From Chamaesiphon sp. (GTDB taxonomy: Bacteria > Cyanobacteriota > Cyanobacteriia > Cyanobacteriales > Chamaesiphonaceae), in the NCBI GenBank assembly GCA_965246715.1, contig CBDFFH010000037.1, positions 1 through 64,000 on the forward strand: a stretch of DNA of 64,000 nucleotides, read 5' to 3'. The position numbers and the translations under genes were made by a program. The notes beneath the pieces are model-generated. The model saw nothing but the letters and a program-made list of their open reading frames with translations, was not told the DNA's origin and searched no databases. Below are positions 40,315 through 50,824 of the stretch, piece by piece. Numbering within the stretch: position 1 is the stretch's first letter; every line of letters begins with the position of its first letter.

Positions 40315-40962
40315 TCAAGCTTTAATTCCAGCCCAAATTAGATCGGTCGCAGCTTGAATCTGTAGCTCGATCGCTTCCGCACTTAAAAGTTGCCGTGTCG
40401 GATCGAGATACTTGATATTCTCATGAGCGTTGAAATAAAACGTACAAACGCCCAGGATATTAATAGTAGTAAGAAATGGATCGATCGATCGCACCACTCC
40501 TTCAGCCATACCGCGTTCTAAAATTGTCGTCATACTCCAAAAACTCTGTTGCCAACCACTAGATGCCCCATATTGCCCCTGATTTTGAATCGCTTCATAA
40601 AACCACAACATCCCTCGATGTGGATACATTGCGCCGTAAGTAATCCCCGATCGAATCGATGCTTTAATCGCTGCTTCTGTGGGTAAAGATTCCGAAGATA
40701 GTTGTTGAAAAGATGCCTCTAATTCGCTACCAATTCGTTGCATCACCGCCTGATAAAGTCCTTCTTTGCTCTCAAAGTAGTAATAAATCATCGCTTTAAC
40801 CACGCCAATTCGCGCCGCGATCGCATCAATCTTGGCACCAGCTAACCCATAGCGGGCAAACTCTTCTTCGGCTGCATCCAGAATTTGTGCCTGAGTTGTC
40901 TCGGCATCGCGGGTTTGGCGGGGTTTATTCGATCTGCGCTTTGAAGAATCTGAAGAACTCAC
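40315..40962 (-). CDS. TetR regulator (RutR/NicS-like)
   Basis: RDAETT..ILDAAEEEFA and MIYYYFESKEGLY motifs; GTG 40962 is the likely start. Confidence 0.9.
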   Translation of the reverse strand: MSSSDSSKRRSNKPRQTRDAETTQAQILDAAEEEFARYGLAGAKIDAIAARIGVVKAMIYYYFESKEGLYQAVMQRIGSELEASFQQLSSESLPTEAAIKASIRSGITYGAMYPHRGMLWFYEAIQNQGQYGASSGWQQSFWSMTTILERGMAEGVVRSIDPFLTTINILGVCTFYFNAHENIKYLDPTRQLLSAEAIELQIQAATDLIWAGIKA

Positions 40963-41016
40963 ACGTTGGCCTAATATCCGAGCAAGATTAAGTTTAACTG
41001 AAAATTTGGTCGGTAG

Positions 41017-41065
41017 TTGACAATCCAGGTTTCTCCTAGATATACTGACTGAATATATAGTCAGT
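41017..41065 (+). promoter_or_regulatory. Sigma70-type promoter with an overlapping TetR operator
   Basis: TTGACA-N18-TATACT; palindrome ACTGACT-N8-AGTCAGT at 41044-41065. Confidence 0.7.
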
Positions 41066-41081
41066 TGTGGAGGTTCGATCG

Positions 41082-42041
41082 ATGGTTCCCGTTTTAGCAG
41101 GTGCGCCGTGGCTGATTGCTCATCGATCGATGTTAGGGATCGATCGACCTTACAAGGTAACTTTGAACGATCGGGATTATGTGTTGTGGCAAAATACACG
41201 GGGCGAAATCTTTGGCTTAGACAATGTTTGTCCGCACATGCAGGCTCCGCTCTCTAATGGGTGGATTTGTCAAGAGCGGAATACGATTACCTGCCCGTTT
41301 CATGCGCTGGAGTTTGACGGCGAAGGTAGACTGCACCGAGAAGGTAAGCGAGATTCACAGCCAATCGCACAACCGCTCGAACTCAAGGTAGTTGGCGATT
41401 GTATTTGGACGTATGGCGATTGTGAGCCGCGAGTGCCGATTCCCGATGTCGTTGCGAAAATTGCGGCGGAATATGATTTTGTGGGGATTGCAGGCGAAAA
41501 GACGATTCGATCGGATTTTTTGAGTACTTGGCTGATTAATTCCGATTTCAACCATCAAAATGGCACCCATCGGGAGTTATTTCAGATCGTCCAAAATCAG
41601 ATGACTGAATTTGATAAAGATGGCTATTGGTATCAGGTAAAACAGGAGAGTACGAGAGCGAATAACTCTATTGGAGAGCTTTTGAGCAATCCAGTTTTGT
41701 TAACCCTGCCGAAAGTTCTCAAGAGTACGGTTGAGTATTTTTTCCCTTCAGTGTTGATTCTCTATGCTGAATCGGGAGTGGGGCCATTTGCTCAAGTTGT
41801 GGTGCAATATCCGCAGCAAAACGATCGCACTAAAATTTACGAGTTAATCTTTGGTAAATTCAAGTTTGCCGGGATGAAACCGCTATTCCGGCGATCGATG
41901 TTGAAAGCGATCGATATAGTGGTCGAGCAGGATACAACAGCAATTGAAACGCGCTATCCTCACCAACCTGCTAAAATAAAATTACCGAATGAAGAGGTGA
42001 TGAGCTACGCTGCAAAGCTCTACGATGATTGGGAAAACTGA
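41082..42041 (+). CDS. Rieske non-heme iron oxygenase
   Basis: CPH..CPFH Rieske motif, D..H....H, EQD; GGAGG RBS. Confidence 0.9.
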   Translation: MVPVLAGAPWLIAHRSMLGIDRPYKVTLNDRDYVLWQNTRGEIFGLDNVCPHMQAPLSNGWICQERNTITCPFHALEFDGEGRLHREGKRDSQPIAQPLELKVVGDCIWTYGDCEPRVPIPDVVAKIAAEYDFVGIAGEKTIRSDFLSTWLINSDFNHQNGTHRELFQIVQNQMTEFDKDGYWYQVKQESTRANNSIGELLSNPVLLTLPKVLKSTVEYFFPSVLILYAESGVGPFAQVVVQYPQQNDRTKIYELIFGKFKFAGMKPLFRRSMLKAIDIVVEQDTTAIETRYPHQPAKIKLPNEEVMSYAAKLYDDWEN

Positions 42042-42151
42042 TAATCCGATTCTGCGTGGCGATCCGTGGCTGGTTGCCAATCGATCGATTAAGATCTACA
42101 GAGGATATTATTCTCTGACTTAACTTGAATGCCGAGCAAATATTACTAGAA

Positions 42152-42598
42152 ATGAGCAAGATCGGTGAATGGACGCGCGGTAATTATACAATTAGTACCG
42201 ATCGAGACCGACTCGACCTCGATCTCATTCATGGCTTTCTCGTCGGCTCTTACTGGGCACAGGGACGCTCGCGCGAACGCGTGGCTCAGTCGATCGAGCA
42301 ATCGCTCCCGTTCGGTCTTTATCACGGTGAGGAACAGGTCGGATTTGCGCGCGTGCTAACCGATTACGTCGTGTTGGCATTTCTTGCTGACGTGTTTGTG
42401 TTGGAGTCGCACCGAGGTAGGGGACTGGGTACGTGGCTGATTGAAGTTGTCACGAGCCACCCAGATCTGTACCCGATCCGGCGTTGGCTGCTCGGTACGC
42501 GCGATGCACACGAACTGTATCGCAAATTCGGATTTGAGGAGCCGAAGGCGGGCGTATTTATGGAGAAGTTCGATGCCCAAAGCGACAGACGTAATTGA
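42152..42598 (+). CDS. GNAT family N-acetyltransferase
   Basis: SYWA, QVGFARV, HRGRGLG and TRDAHELY motifs. Confidence 0.9.
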   Translation: MSKIGEWTRGNYTISTDRDRLDLDLIHGFLVGSYWAQGRSRERVAQSIEQSLPFGLYHGEEQVGFARVLTDYVVLAFLADVFVLESHRGRGLGTWLIEVVTSHPDLYPIRRWLLGTRDAHELYRKFGFEEPKAGVFMEKFDAQSDRRN

Positions 42599-43136
42599 GC
42601 TTCGATTAGCTTGCCTAGAAGATATCCCTGCTTTAGCCAAGCTGATTCCAGCATCTGCTAGATCGCTTCAGGCAAGCTATTACACTCCAGCGCAAATTGA
42701 AGGAGCTTTAGGAACTGTCTTTGGTGTCGATAGCCAACTGATTCAGGATGATACCTATTTCATTGCCGAAAGCGAAAACCAGATTGTTGGTTGTGGTGGA
42801 TGGAGTAAGCGCAAAACACTTTATGGCGGAGATCGGGGCAAGAACATTGAAGAAGATCGGTTGCTCGATCCCTATGTCGATGCGGCCAAGATTCGGGCGT
42901 TCTTTGTGCATCCATCATGGGCACGAAGAGGAATCGGTAGCCAAATTATGAGACGTTGTGAAGGAGCAGCATTAGATGATGGATTTAAAACTATTGAGAT
43001 TGTTGCTACGTTAGCTGGCGAACCGCTATATCAAAGTTTCGGTTATCATTTAATTGAGAAATTTGAGATCGCGCTTCCCAATAAAAGCTTTCTTCCGGTC
43101 ATTCGGATGATCAAGAACTTTAGTGAAACGCACTAA
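42573..43136 (+). CDS. GNAT family N-acetyltransferase
   Basis: GCGGWS, IRAFFVHPSWARRGIG and ATLAGEPLY motifs. Confidence 0.9.
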   Translation: MPKATDVIELRLACLEDIPALAKLIPASARSLQASYYTPAQIEGALGTVFGVDSQLIQDDTYFIAESENQIVGCGGWSKRKTLYGGDRGKNIEEDRLLDPYVDAAKIRAFFVHPSWARRGIGSQIMRRCEGAALDDGFKTIEIVATLAGEPLYQSFGYHLIEKFEIALPNKSFLPVIRMIKNFSETH

Positions 43137-43296
43137 TCAAATGACTGACTTAAAAAGCTCCGATCGTCTACTTAGAGAGAAAATTACGATCTACATGAAG
43201 AAATTTTATCGTAAATTGGCTAATTCTTAAATACTCTTTGTTCTTTTTTCAATCAATCTCAATTCTGTCAAAATACTATCGATCTAAAGGTCAGAA

Positions 43297-44568
43297 ATGA
43301 GTCGAATTATTGTTACTACGTTGGGAACACTGGGCGATCTGCATCCGCCGATCGCGATCGCGTTAGAATTGCGAAAACGCGGTCATGATGTTGTATTTGT
43401 AACCCACCAAGTCTATCAATCCAAGCTCGAAGCCTTGGGGTTTGAGTTTCACCCCATGCGCCCCAATTTCACAGCAATGAACGATCCGCAGGAAATGGCA
43501 AGGATGATGGATCTCAAAACGGGTCAAGAATACATGGTGCGACAGTGGGTAAATCCCAGCTTAGGAGAAATGTATGCGGACTTGTTGAGTGTTGCCCAAG
43601 GAGCAGATTTTATCTTTTCAGGGGAAAGTGTCGTGGCAACACCGCTGGTAGCAGAGAAACTCGGAATGCGGTGGGCTTCGAGTGCAATGGTGCCGATGTC
43701 TTTTTTCTCGGCTTATGACCCGCCAGTTTTAGCCCCTTTTCCTGCGCTGGCTAAATTATACCAATTAGGACCGATCGTGAATCGGGGGATTCTCAATTTC
43801 GCCAAGCTGGTGAGTAATTCCTGGGCAGATCCGATTCGTCAACTTCGTCACGAACTTGGTTTATCGCCGATCGACTACAATCCTTTTTTAGAGCATCGAT
43901 TTTCACCTTATCTGGTGATTGCCTTGTTTTCCTCGGTGTTGGGACAGCCCCAGCCTGACTGGGCAACAAATACGATAGTTGCAGGCTTCACCTTTTACGA
44001 TGGCACCCAGGAGGGCGCAGATCTCACGCCAGAACTACAGCAGTTTTTAGCCGCAGGTGAGCCACCGATTGTCTTTACATTGGGATCGGCGGCTGTGATG
44101 GATGCTGGTAACTTTTATCAGGAAAGTATCCAAGCAGCAAAACAGTTAAACCGTCGTGCTGTTTTATTAATGGGTCAGAATTCTGTGCCGGAGGATTTGC
44201 CAGCAGATATTTTAGCGATCGATTATGCTCCCTATTCTCAGATTTTCCCTCGTGCATGTGCGATCGTTCATCAAGGCGGGATTGGTACGACAGCTCAAGC
44301 TTTACTTGCTGGTCGTCCGACCTTAATTATGCCTTACAGTCACGACCAACCAGATAATGCCGCACGAGTCAAACGGTTGGGCACATCGCGGACGATTCCG
44401 CGATCGAAATATACAGCGTCGCGAGTTGCCAAGAAATTGAATCAGTTATTAAATCATCCCAGTTATGCAACCAAAGCGATCGAAATTAGCGGTATTATCC
44501 AAGCAAAGAATGGTATTAAGATGGCGTGTGATGCAATCGAGAAGCAGTTAAATGGCAGACCTAGTTAA
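43297..44568 (+). CDS. GT1 UDP-glycosyltransferase
   Basis: GTLGDLHP, VFTLGS, HQGGIGT and HDQPDNA motifs. Confidence 0.9.
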   Translation: MSRIIVTTLGTLGDLHPPIAIALELRKRGHDVVFVTHQVYQSKLEALGFEFHPMRPNFTAMNDPQEMARMMDLKTGQEYMVRQWVNPSLGEMYADLLSVAQGADFIFSGESVVATPLVAEKLGMRWASSAMVPMSFFSAYDPPVLAPFPALAKLYQLGPIVNRGILNFAKLVSNSWADPIRQLRHELGLSPIDYNPFLEHRFSPYLVIALFSSVLGQPQPDWATNTIVAGFTFYDGTQEGADLTPELQQFLAAGEPPIVFTLGSAAVMDAGNFYQESIQAAKQLNRRAVLLMGQNSVPEDLPADILAIDYAPYSQIFPRACAIVHQGGIGTTAQALLAGRPTLIMPYSHDQPDNAARVKRLGTSRTIPRSKYTASRVAKKLNQLLNHPSYATKAIEISGIIQAKNGIKMACDAIEKQLNGRPS

Positions 44569-45197
44569 ACCCGATCTACAGTTGAGAAAGGCGATCGAGC
44601 AGATCTATTTAGTCGATGCAGAATTTCAGAAAATTGAAGCTGTGGCTGGCAAATTGACAGTGAGAAGTTCGGCACCCACATTTGCTTCATTGGTGCGAAT
44701 TATTGTTGGACAACAGCTTTCTACTAAAGCCGCAGATGCAAATCTTTTTTAGACTTAATGCCTTGGGGGAAATTTCACCGACAAATATTATCGATCGGTC
44801 GGAAGCAGAATTGCGCTCGGTGGGATTGAGTCGTGCTAAAGTCGCTTGTTGCCAAGAACTAGCGATCGCAATTTTAGAGGAAAAACTCTCAATTGAATCT
44901 TTTACTGAACTAACCGATCGAGAGATCGCCGAGCAATTATTGCAAATTAAAGGAATCGGTAAATGGACGGTGGAAATATTCTTGCTATTCTGTCTAGAGC
45001 GACTCGATACATTGCCAGCAGCAGATTTAGCAATTCAAGTTAGCTATCAGAAATTAAAGAACCTCAGCGATCGACCGACTGCCAAAGAACTTATTTCCTT
45101 GATGGAACCGCTCCAGCCCAATCGGGGAGCCGCAGCGCATCTGCTCTGGCATTATTACCGACATCTCGATCGAACACCAAGTCTCAACAAGACATAG
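44552..45197 (+). pseudogene. DNA-3-methyladenine glycosylase (AlkA/HhH-GPD), frameshifted
   Basis: IVGQQLS in one frame, KGIGKWT in the next; apparent extra A at 44740-44742. Confidence 0.85.
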
Positions 45198-45205
45198 GAG
45201 AATAT

Positions 45206-45547
45206 ATGGCATCAGACTCGAACTTTGTTGAATATGTCTGCGATCTCATTAATGAAACGGGACAAGTATCATTCAAGAAAATGTTTGGCGAATATGCAAT
45301 CTACTACGATGGAAAAGTTGTCGCGTTGATTTGCGACAATCAACTATTTATAAAACCGACTGCGGCTGGACGATCTACGATTGATACAGTCGTGGAAGCA
45401 CCTCCATACCCAGGTGCAAAACCATATTTTTTGATTGACGATCGGCTTGACGATCGCGAGTGGCTCTCAAACCTGATTCAAATAACTGCAACTGAACTTC
45501 CCGCGCCGAAACCCAAGAAACCAAAACCCAAACAGACAAAAATATGA
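45206..45547 (+). CDS. TfoX/Sxy N-terminal domain protein
   Basis: KKMFGEY, CDNQLFIK and PYPGAK motifs. Confidence 0.9.
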   Translation: MASDSNFVEYVCDLINETGQVSFKKMFGEYAIYYDGKVVALICDNQLFIKPTAAGRSTIDTVVEAPPYPGAKPYFLIDDRLDDREWLSNLIQITATELPAPKPKKPKPKQTKI

Positions 45548-45612
45548 AATTTGGATACACCATTATCTACGTCTCATCGGTTAGGATGCATTAGCCTTTT
45601 ACCAGAACGCAT
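45544..45612 (+). pseudogene. 5' relic of a VOC gene paralogous to 543-929
   Basis: MKFGYTIIYVSSV identical at protein level, then decays. Confidence 0.75.
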
Positions 45613-45688
45613 GTAGTTAACAATCTCAACTCGATCCCAAACACTAATTCGATCGACGTAAACCTAATTCTAATCAGAGAGTTTAATT

Positions 45689-46450
45689 ATGGAAATCAGA
45701 AATGCAATTGCACTCGTCACTGGAGCCAACGGTGGCATCGGGTCTCACTTTGTCGAACAACTGATCCAGTTGCAAGCGTCCAAGATTTATGTCTGCGCTC
45801 GAACCATTAGTAAACTACAGACTCTAGTTGCCCTCGATCCGGTGCGGATTATCCCGATCGAATTAGATGTCACAAATCCCGAATCGGTGAAAGCAGCAGC
45901 CGCTCAATGTTCGGATGTCACCCTCCTAATTAACAATGCAGGTACTTCTTTGAATCACGGCATTATTGCCGCCCCAGATCTCGAAGCAGCTAAAGCGGAA
46001 ATGGACGTGAACTATTTTGGCATGGCAGCCATGTGTCGCGCCTTTGCGCCGATTCTCAAACAGCAGGGTGGCGGTGCGATTGTCAATATTTTGTCCCTAC
46101 TCGGCAAAGTCAATTTGCCGTTTAGCGGCTCCTATAGTGCATCCAAAGCCGCAGCCATTTCGATGACCCAGTGTGTCCGCGCCGAGCTAGCCGCCCAAAA
46201 AACATTGGTTGTCGGGGTGATGCCAGGAACTGTCGATACCGATCTGGCAAAATCATGGCCCGATCCGAAGGTCGCGCCTGCGGAGGTGGCTCAAGCTGCA
46301 TTAGAAGCTGTAATTGACGCTCTGGAAGATGTTTATCCTGGCGAACAGGCTGCTCAGGTTTCCGCACAACTATTAGCCGACCCGAAAGGGGTAGAAAAAT
46401 ATATGGCAGGTTTTCTACCAGGTATGGACTTGGCAGGTACTAACGCCTAA
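45689..46450 (+). CDS. SDR oxidoreductase
   Basis: TGANGGIG, NNAG and YSASK motifs. Confidence 0.9.
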   Translation: MEIRNAIALVTGANGGIGSHFVEQLIQLQASKIYVCARTISKLQTLVALDPVRIIPIELDVTNPESVKAAAAQCSDVTLLINNAGTSLNHGIIAAPDLEAAKAEMDVNYFGMAAMCRAFAPILKQQGGGAIVNILSLLGKVNLPFSGSYSASKAAAISMTQCVRAELAAQKTLVVGVMPGTVDTDLAKSWPDPKVAPAEVAQAALEAVIDALEDVYPGEQAAQVSAQLLADPKGVEKYMAGFLPGMDLAGTNA

Positions 46451-46914
46451 ACCAAGATCAGCCAGCCCTGCAACGCGATCGTCACAATTTTATTTCCAGG
46501 TAATATTTCAATTTGGCGTGATATCCAGAAACTTTCTGGATATCACGCTGTTTTAGGGTAATACACGGAAAGTATCGATGCGATAGTTGAACGGTATAGT
46601 GCAACTCCGCCGTCTGTCTAACAACCCGCTTGCACACCGACCGTATCAATATTGTCGGGTAGCACCAAAAGTTACTGGCGGCGGGTGAAGCGGAACGTTC
46701 AATCGATATCACATCGATATTCATACATACACATTCGATCGATCGACCAAACTTAATCATATCTCGTCTAACCATGTCTGGAAGATCGCCCCTCAATAAA
46801 GGCTCGATCGCAACTTTAATTCGATCGGTAGAAGAAAGAAGATCTAGATTTTTTGGTGCCTCGATCGGAAGGCGTGATAAGGTCAAAAGACTTGTAATCC
46901 CTATCATTAGACAA

Positions 46915-47214
46915 TTACGATAGTCGATCTTGCCAATCTTTGGGATTTCGTTTGCTGTGAAAACAAGCAATCACAAATACAGTATCTTCTTCAACAATAT
47001 AAAAAAGACAATAAGGGAAACGCCTGACTAAGACTCGTCGAGCTTGTTGATAAATGAGCCGATAGGCAAGAGGATTGCGCCCGATTGTGGATATACAATT
47101 ATCAATTGCTCGTACAAATTCAGAACCTAAACCAGTCTCTTGTGACTCATACCATGTAAAAGCATCTTCCAAATCTAACTCTGCTTCTGGACGGACAATC
47201 AGCCTGTAATTCAT
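46915..47214 (-). CDS. RelE/ParE family toxin
   Basis: PEAELDL..WYE..GLG.EF, RFPY and FHSKRNP motifs; ATGA overlap. Confidence 0.9.
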   Translation of the reverse strand: MNYRLIVRPEAELDLEDAFTWYESQETGLGSEFVRAIDNCISTIGRNPLAYRLIYQQARRVLVRRFPYCLFYIVEEDTVFVIACFHSKRNPKDWQDRLS

Positions 47215-47438
47215 TTGGAAGTGCCTAATCGCTGCTTGACAGTTTCCCAACTAGAGCCAGCGTTTGGATCTTGCCGATGTTGTTCCAATCTTCGATCGAG
47301 TTCTTGCTGTTGCGCTCGATCTAATTCGATTTCATCTTGTCTATCTAGAATACTATCCCATAGATCTTCTGCAAGTTGAATCCGCTCGGCAATACTCAGT
47401 TGAGAAATTTCAACTTTGAGAAGAGGATGATTACTCAT
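47211..47438 (-). CDS. Addiction module antitoxin
   Basis: ERIQLAEDLWDSI..ELDRRL..WETVK motif. Confidence 0.9.
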   Translation of the reverse strand: MSNHPLLKVEISQLSIAERIQLAEDLWDSILDRQDEIELDRAQQQELDRRLEQHRQDPNAGSSWETVKQRLGTSK

Positions 47439-47640
47439 GCTAATTTAGCTATCCAAATTATATCCATGTCAGAATTATAGCATTGTGACAAATTTTAGAT
47501 GCTATGTATGAAGTAGTTTTTACCACTCGATCGCTGGGCACCACATCGATATTCACGCCTACACATTCGATCGATCGACCAAACTTAACCATGTCTGGAA
47601 GATTGCCTCTCAATAAAGGCTCGATCTGAACTTTCACTCG

Positions 47641-48009
47641 CTATTCCTGGACTCGATCTGGAAAAGATATCTCCAACACCACACAACCAAGATCGGTTGT
47701 GAATGGCCCGTGAATCTCTCCAGGTGGTCTACTGGCATAATGTCCCGTCTCTAGCCACATATCAAAGGCTAGATCGTAAAGACGACCGCTGATAATCAAA
47801 ATCTCTTCAGGATAGTCGTGACTTTTCGCACCGAAACTAGTCGTATCGGTACCAGGATAAAACCGAGTTAAGCGGGTGTATTCACCAGTTTCAACATCGA
47901 TGCTCAGAGTCAGTTCTTCTACCATTTCTTCAAGCCCTGCGATCGATTTCCATAGGGTTTTATTTACTTGATGTAATGGGTTCCAATACTCGATCGTCGA
48001 TTTTGGCAT
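47641..48009 (-). CDS. Cupin (ChrR-like) protein
   Basis: HDYPEE and RPPGEIHGPF motifs. Confidence 0.85.
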   Translation of the reverse strand: MPKSTIEYWNPLHQVNKTLWKSIAGLEEMVEELTLSIDVETGEYTRLTRFYPGTDTTSFGAKSHDYPEEILIISGRLYDLAFDMWLETGHYASRPPGEIHGPFTTDLGCVVLEISFPDRVQE

Positions 48010-48026
48010 ATCACCTCATTTTAATA

Positions 48027-48407
48027 TCAGCGTGGCGGAATTTCACTAGTGTGACCTGCGATAATTTGGATCGAGCCACTAGCAGAGATCGCCCAAACAC
48101 GGGTAAATCGAATATTTTGTTCGACTGGAATACCTTCATAACTGCCTAATATGTGCATCAAAACAGAAACAACTGCAAACCCACCCTTGAGTTGAATCTG
48201 TCGATCTGATGGTGTAATTTCGGTAAACTTAAATTTCCCAGAACGGTGAGCATCAAGATCTTCCTGTTTACTAAAAATTTGTCCCAGATGATTTGTAAAC
48301 AGCAGTTCGGGTGCGATTAAATCATCTAGTTCGGCAACATCAGAATGCAGCATTGCTTGTCTGAGTCGCTCTTCTAGTTCGATGATTTGAGCTTGAGTAA
48401 CTATCAT
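48027..48407 (-). CDS. DUF4440/NTF2 family protein
   Basis: EERLRQAML, FTNHLG and RFTRVW motifs. Confidence 0.85.
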   Translation of the reverse strand: MIVTQAQIIELEERLRQAMLHSDVAELDDLIAPELLFTNHLGQIFSKQEDLDAHRSGKFKFTEITPSDRQIQLKGGFAVVSVLMHILGSYEGIPVEQNIRFTRVWAISASGSIQIIAGHTSEIPPR

Positions 48408-48520
48408 AATTTGCTCCCATTGTTTCCGAAATGGTGTTTTGTTGGAGAGGTATCATTTTACTTTTAGTTATATGCTCGATCTTAATCAATGCGATCGAAC
48501 TATGGTGCTTTTACCTGGCT

Positions 48521-50701
48521 TTATTTAGCAGCGTTCGCACCGAGATTACCCAATTTTGGACTCCACCACTGCCCCTCCTTACCCTGAAAATAGGCAACAT
48601 CCTTGTGTTTGGGCTTGGTTCTAGCTTCCGCATCCGAACACCGCAGCATTGACTTTTCTTTTCCATCCTTCGTGTAACTATATTCCTCCAGCGGTTTCTG
48701 ACAAACCGGACAAGGAGATTCGGTTAGCTTTGCTGGAGACGATTGCTCGGTCTTAGGCTGTGGAATCTGCCATTCACTCGTTCGATCCGACCAAAACATT
48801 ACCAATCCTTTACCCTCTGGATCTTTGCATCCATCCTCACACTTGAGAAAATAGCCCTTCTTCACCTTCTTGGTCGGTACTTTGGACATTTGCTTGTTAC
48901 AAATCGGACATTTCGTTGGCGAAGCCTCTCTGGAAGAGAATCGCGATTTCTCCAGTTCCTTACCTTGAAACGATCTATAATCCTGCTCTGGTAGATTCTT
49001 AGTAGCCTTACTTAAAGCTGGCGCAAAATAGCTCCGGTTCCACTCAATCAGGTAACTTTGCCATTCCTGCTGACCCTTGGAGATTGCATCGAGTTGAGCT
49101 TCCATTCCAGCGGTGAATTCCGATTGAATCAACTCTGGTAAAGCTTGCATGAGAAAATCATCCACTTGCAAACCCACAGTCGTAGGCTGCACTTTGCTCT
49201 TGACTAGCTCCACATAATTACGTTGCTTGAGCGTGGCAATCGTCGGGGCGTAAGTAGAAGGACGACCGATCCCGCGACGTTCCATCAATTGAACGAGTTT
49301 TGGTTCGCTGTAACGTGGCGGTGGTTGGGTTTGCTTTTGTTCGTGACTGACATTAGTAGCGGTGAGTGGTTGTTTTGGTTGCAAGCTCGGTAGGACGGCA
49401 TCACCGCTAATATCTTTCCAATATTTGGCATAGCCAGCAAATTCAAGCATTTGCCCTCTCGCTTGCCACTGAATCTCCCCAGACTGAGTAACGATCGTGG
49501 TTTTGCGAATCTGTGCGGGCTTACACTGAGAGGCGATCGATCTCATCCAAATCATCAAGTACAGCGCGAATTCATCTTCTGAAAGCTGCTGTTTGAGTTC
49601 GCTTGAGGCTTTGGTGATGTCCGTCGGTCTGACCGCTTCATGAGCTTCCTGAGCGTCTTTGGAACTCCTTTGTTTAGAGACTTTAGCGGGCACATTGTCT
49701 TTATCGTGGGACAACAGCCATTCTCGTGCAGCTTTACAGAAATCCTGACTGAGTTCGACTGAATCAGTCCGCATATAGGTGATTAACCCTGCTTCATAAA
49801 GCTTCTGAGCGACCGACATTGTATGTTCGGGACTGAACTTCAGCCGCGCTCCAGCAGCTTGTTGGAGCGACGATGTGATGAATGGGGCGGGGGGCTTTTT
49901 GGGAGCAAGTTTACCTTCGATCGATTTAACTTGATGGGCGTTAGCTTTGCCGATCTCCACTAACCTGTCAGCTTCAGCCTTACTCAGTACGCGCGTCGAT
50001 TCGGCGACTTTTTCTGTCACTCCAGCATCGTCGCTAGTTTCTTCCTCTGCTGCTGGTGAGACAGCTTGAGCAGTGCCGTTGTAGAAGGCTCTGAATCCTT
50101 CGGCATAATCTACAAATACAGACCAATAATCTTGCGGTTTGAAAGTTTGAATTTCTCGTTCTCGTTGGCAGACTAGGTGCAGGGTGGCTGATTGCACCCG
50201 TCCGACGCTTTTGGCTCCGTTATTGAGTCGCCAGATCAGCGGCGATCCTTTGTAGCCAACGAGCTTGTCCAGACAATCGCGACACCTACCTGCTTCGACT
50301 AGAGCCATGTCTAGGGAGCGAGGAGAAGCAATCGCTTTCTTAACTGCGGATTCGGTAATCTCTTGATAGACGACGCGCTGGGGCTGTTTGAGCTTCAGTA
50401 CTTGGGCGATATGCCAGCCGATGACCTCACCTTCTCGATCTGGATCTGAGGCGATGAAGACTCGATCCGCTTGCTTGGCTGCGGCGATTAGCCCCGCGAT
50501 CGTTTGTTTGGCTCTCTCGTCGCGGGGGATATAGCGACAATCGATTGTCTCCGAACCTAAATCAAAACCAAGAGAACCGTCTCCATCGTTGGCGAGTTGG
50601 CGAATATGTCCGATCGATGCTTTAACATCCCAGTCGGAGCCGAGGATACTCCTAAGCTTTTTGATTTTGCCAGCAGATTCAACAATTAGCAGATTTCGCA
50701 T
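48521..50701 (-). CDS. topA: Type IA DNA topoisomerase (mobile-element type)
   Basis: IVES, DPDREGE, GRVQ, ITYMRTD, AHEA.RP and GIGRPST motifs; C-terminal Zn ribbons. Confidence 0.9.
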   Translation of the reverse strand: MRNLLIVESAGKIKKLRSILGSDWDVKASIGHIRQLANDGDGSLGFDLGSETIDCRYIPRDERAKQTIAGLIAAAKQADRVFIASDPDREGEVIGWHIAQVLKLKQPQRVVYQEITESAVKKAIASPRSLDMALVEAGRCRDCLDKLVGYKGSPLIWRLNNGAKSVGRVQSATLHLVCQREREIQTFKPQDYWSVFVDYAEGFRAFYNGTAQAVSPAAEEETSDDAGVTEKVAESTRVLSKAEADRLVEIGKANAHQVKSIEGKLAPKKPPAPFITSSLQQAAGARLKFSPEHTMSVAQKLYEAGLITYMRTDSVELSQDFCKAAREWLLSHDKDNVPAKVSKQRSSKDAQEAHEAVRPTDITKASSELKQQLSEDEFALYLMIWMRSIASQCKPAQIRKTTIVTQSGEIQWQARGQMLEFAGYAKYWKDISGDAVLPSLQPKQPLTATNVSHEQKQTQPPPRYSEPKLVQLMERRGIGRPSTYAPTIATLKQRNYVELVKSKVQPTTVGLQVDDFLMQALPELIQSEFTAGMEAQLDAISKGQQEWQSYLIEWNRSYFAPALSKATKNLPEQDYRSFQGKELEKSRFSSREASPTKCPICNKQMSKVPTKKVKKGYFLKCEDGCKDPEGKGLVMFWSDRTSEWQIPQPKTEQSSPAKLTESPCPVCQKPLEEYSYTKDGKEKSMLRCSDAEARTKPKHKDVAYFQGKEGQWWSPKLGNLGANAAK
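48916..48939 (-). mobile_element. 24-nt micro-element, in frame in the topoisomerase
   Basis: Minus strand GCGAT-TCTCTTCCAGAGAGGCTTCGCCAA-CGA. Confidence 0.9.
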
Positions 50702-50824
50702 AAATTTAGGTGAACTGAGGATTCGGCTACCCGATCGATCTTCACTCAAAGGAACTAGATAGATGCCTGGAAGAGATCGAATGACGATCGACTTGTGTAT
50801 TGATTTAGCTACAAGCCTCTTCCT

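Larger units (their letters stand above)
46710..47634. repeat. Imperfect ~95-bp direct repeats flanking a TA module
   Basis: 46710-46817 and 47542-47634 share CACATCGATATTCA...AACCATGTCTGGAAGAT...CAATAAAGGCTCGATC..AACTTT. Confidence 0.8.

Noticed and set aside
46482..46970. 162-aa ORF
   Set aside because: No recognisable family; it overlaps the toxin end and the direct repeat. It may be a degraded relic.
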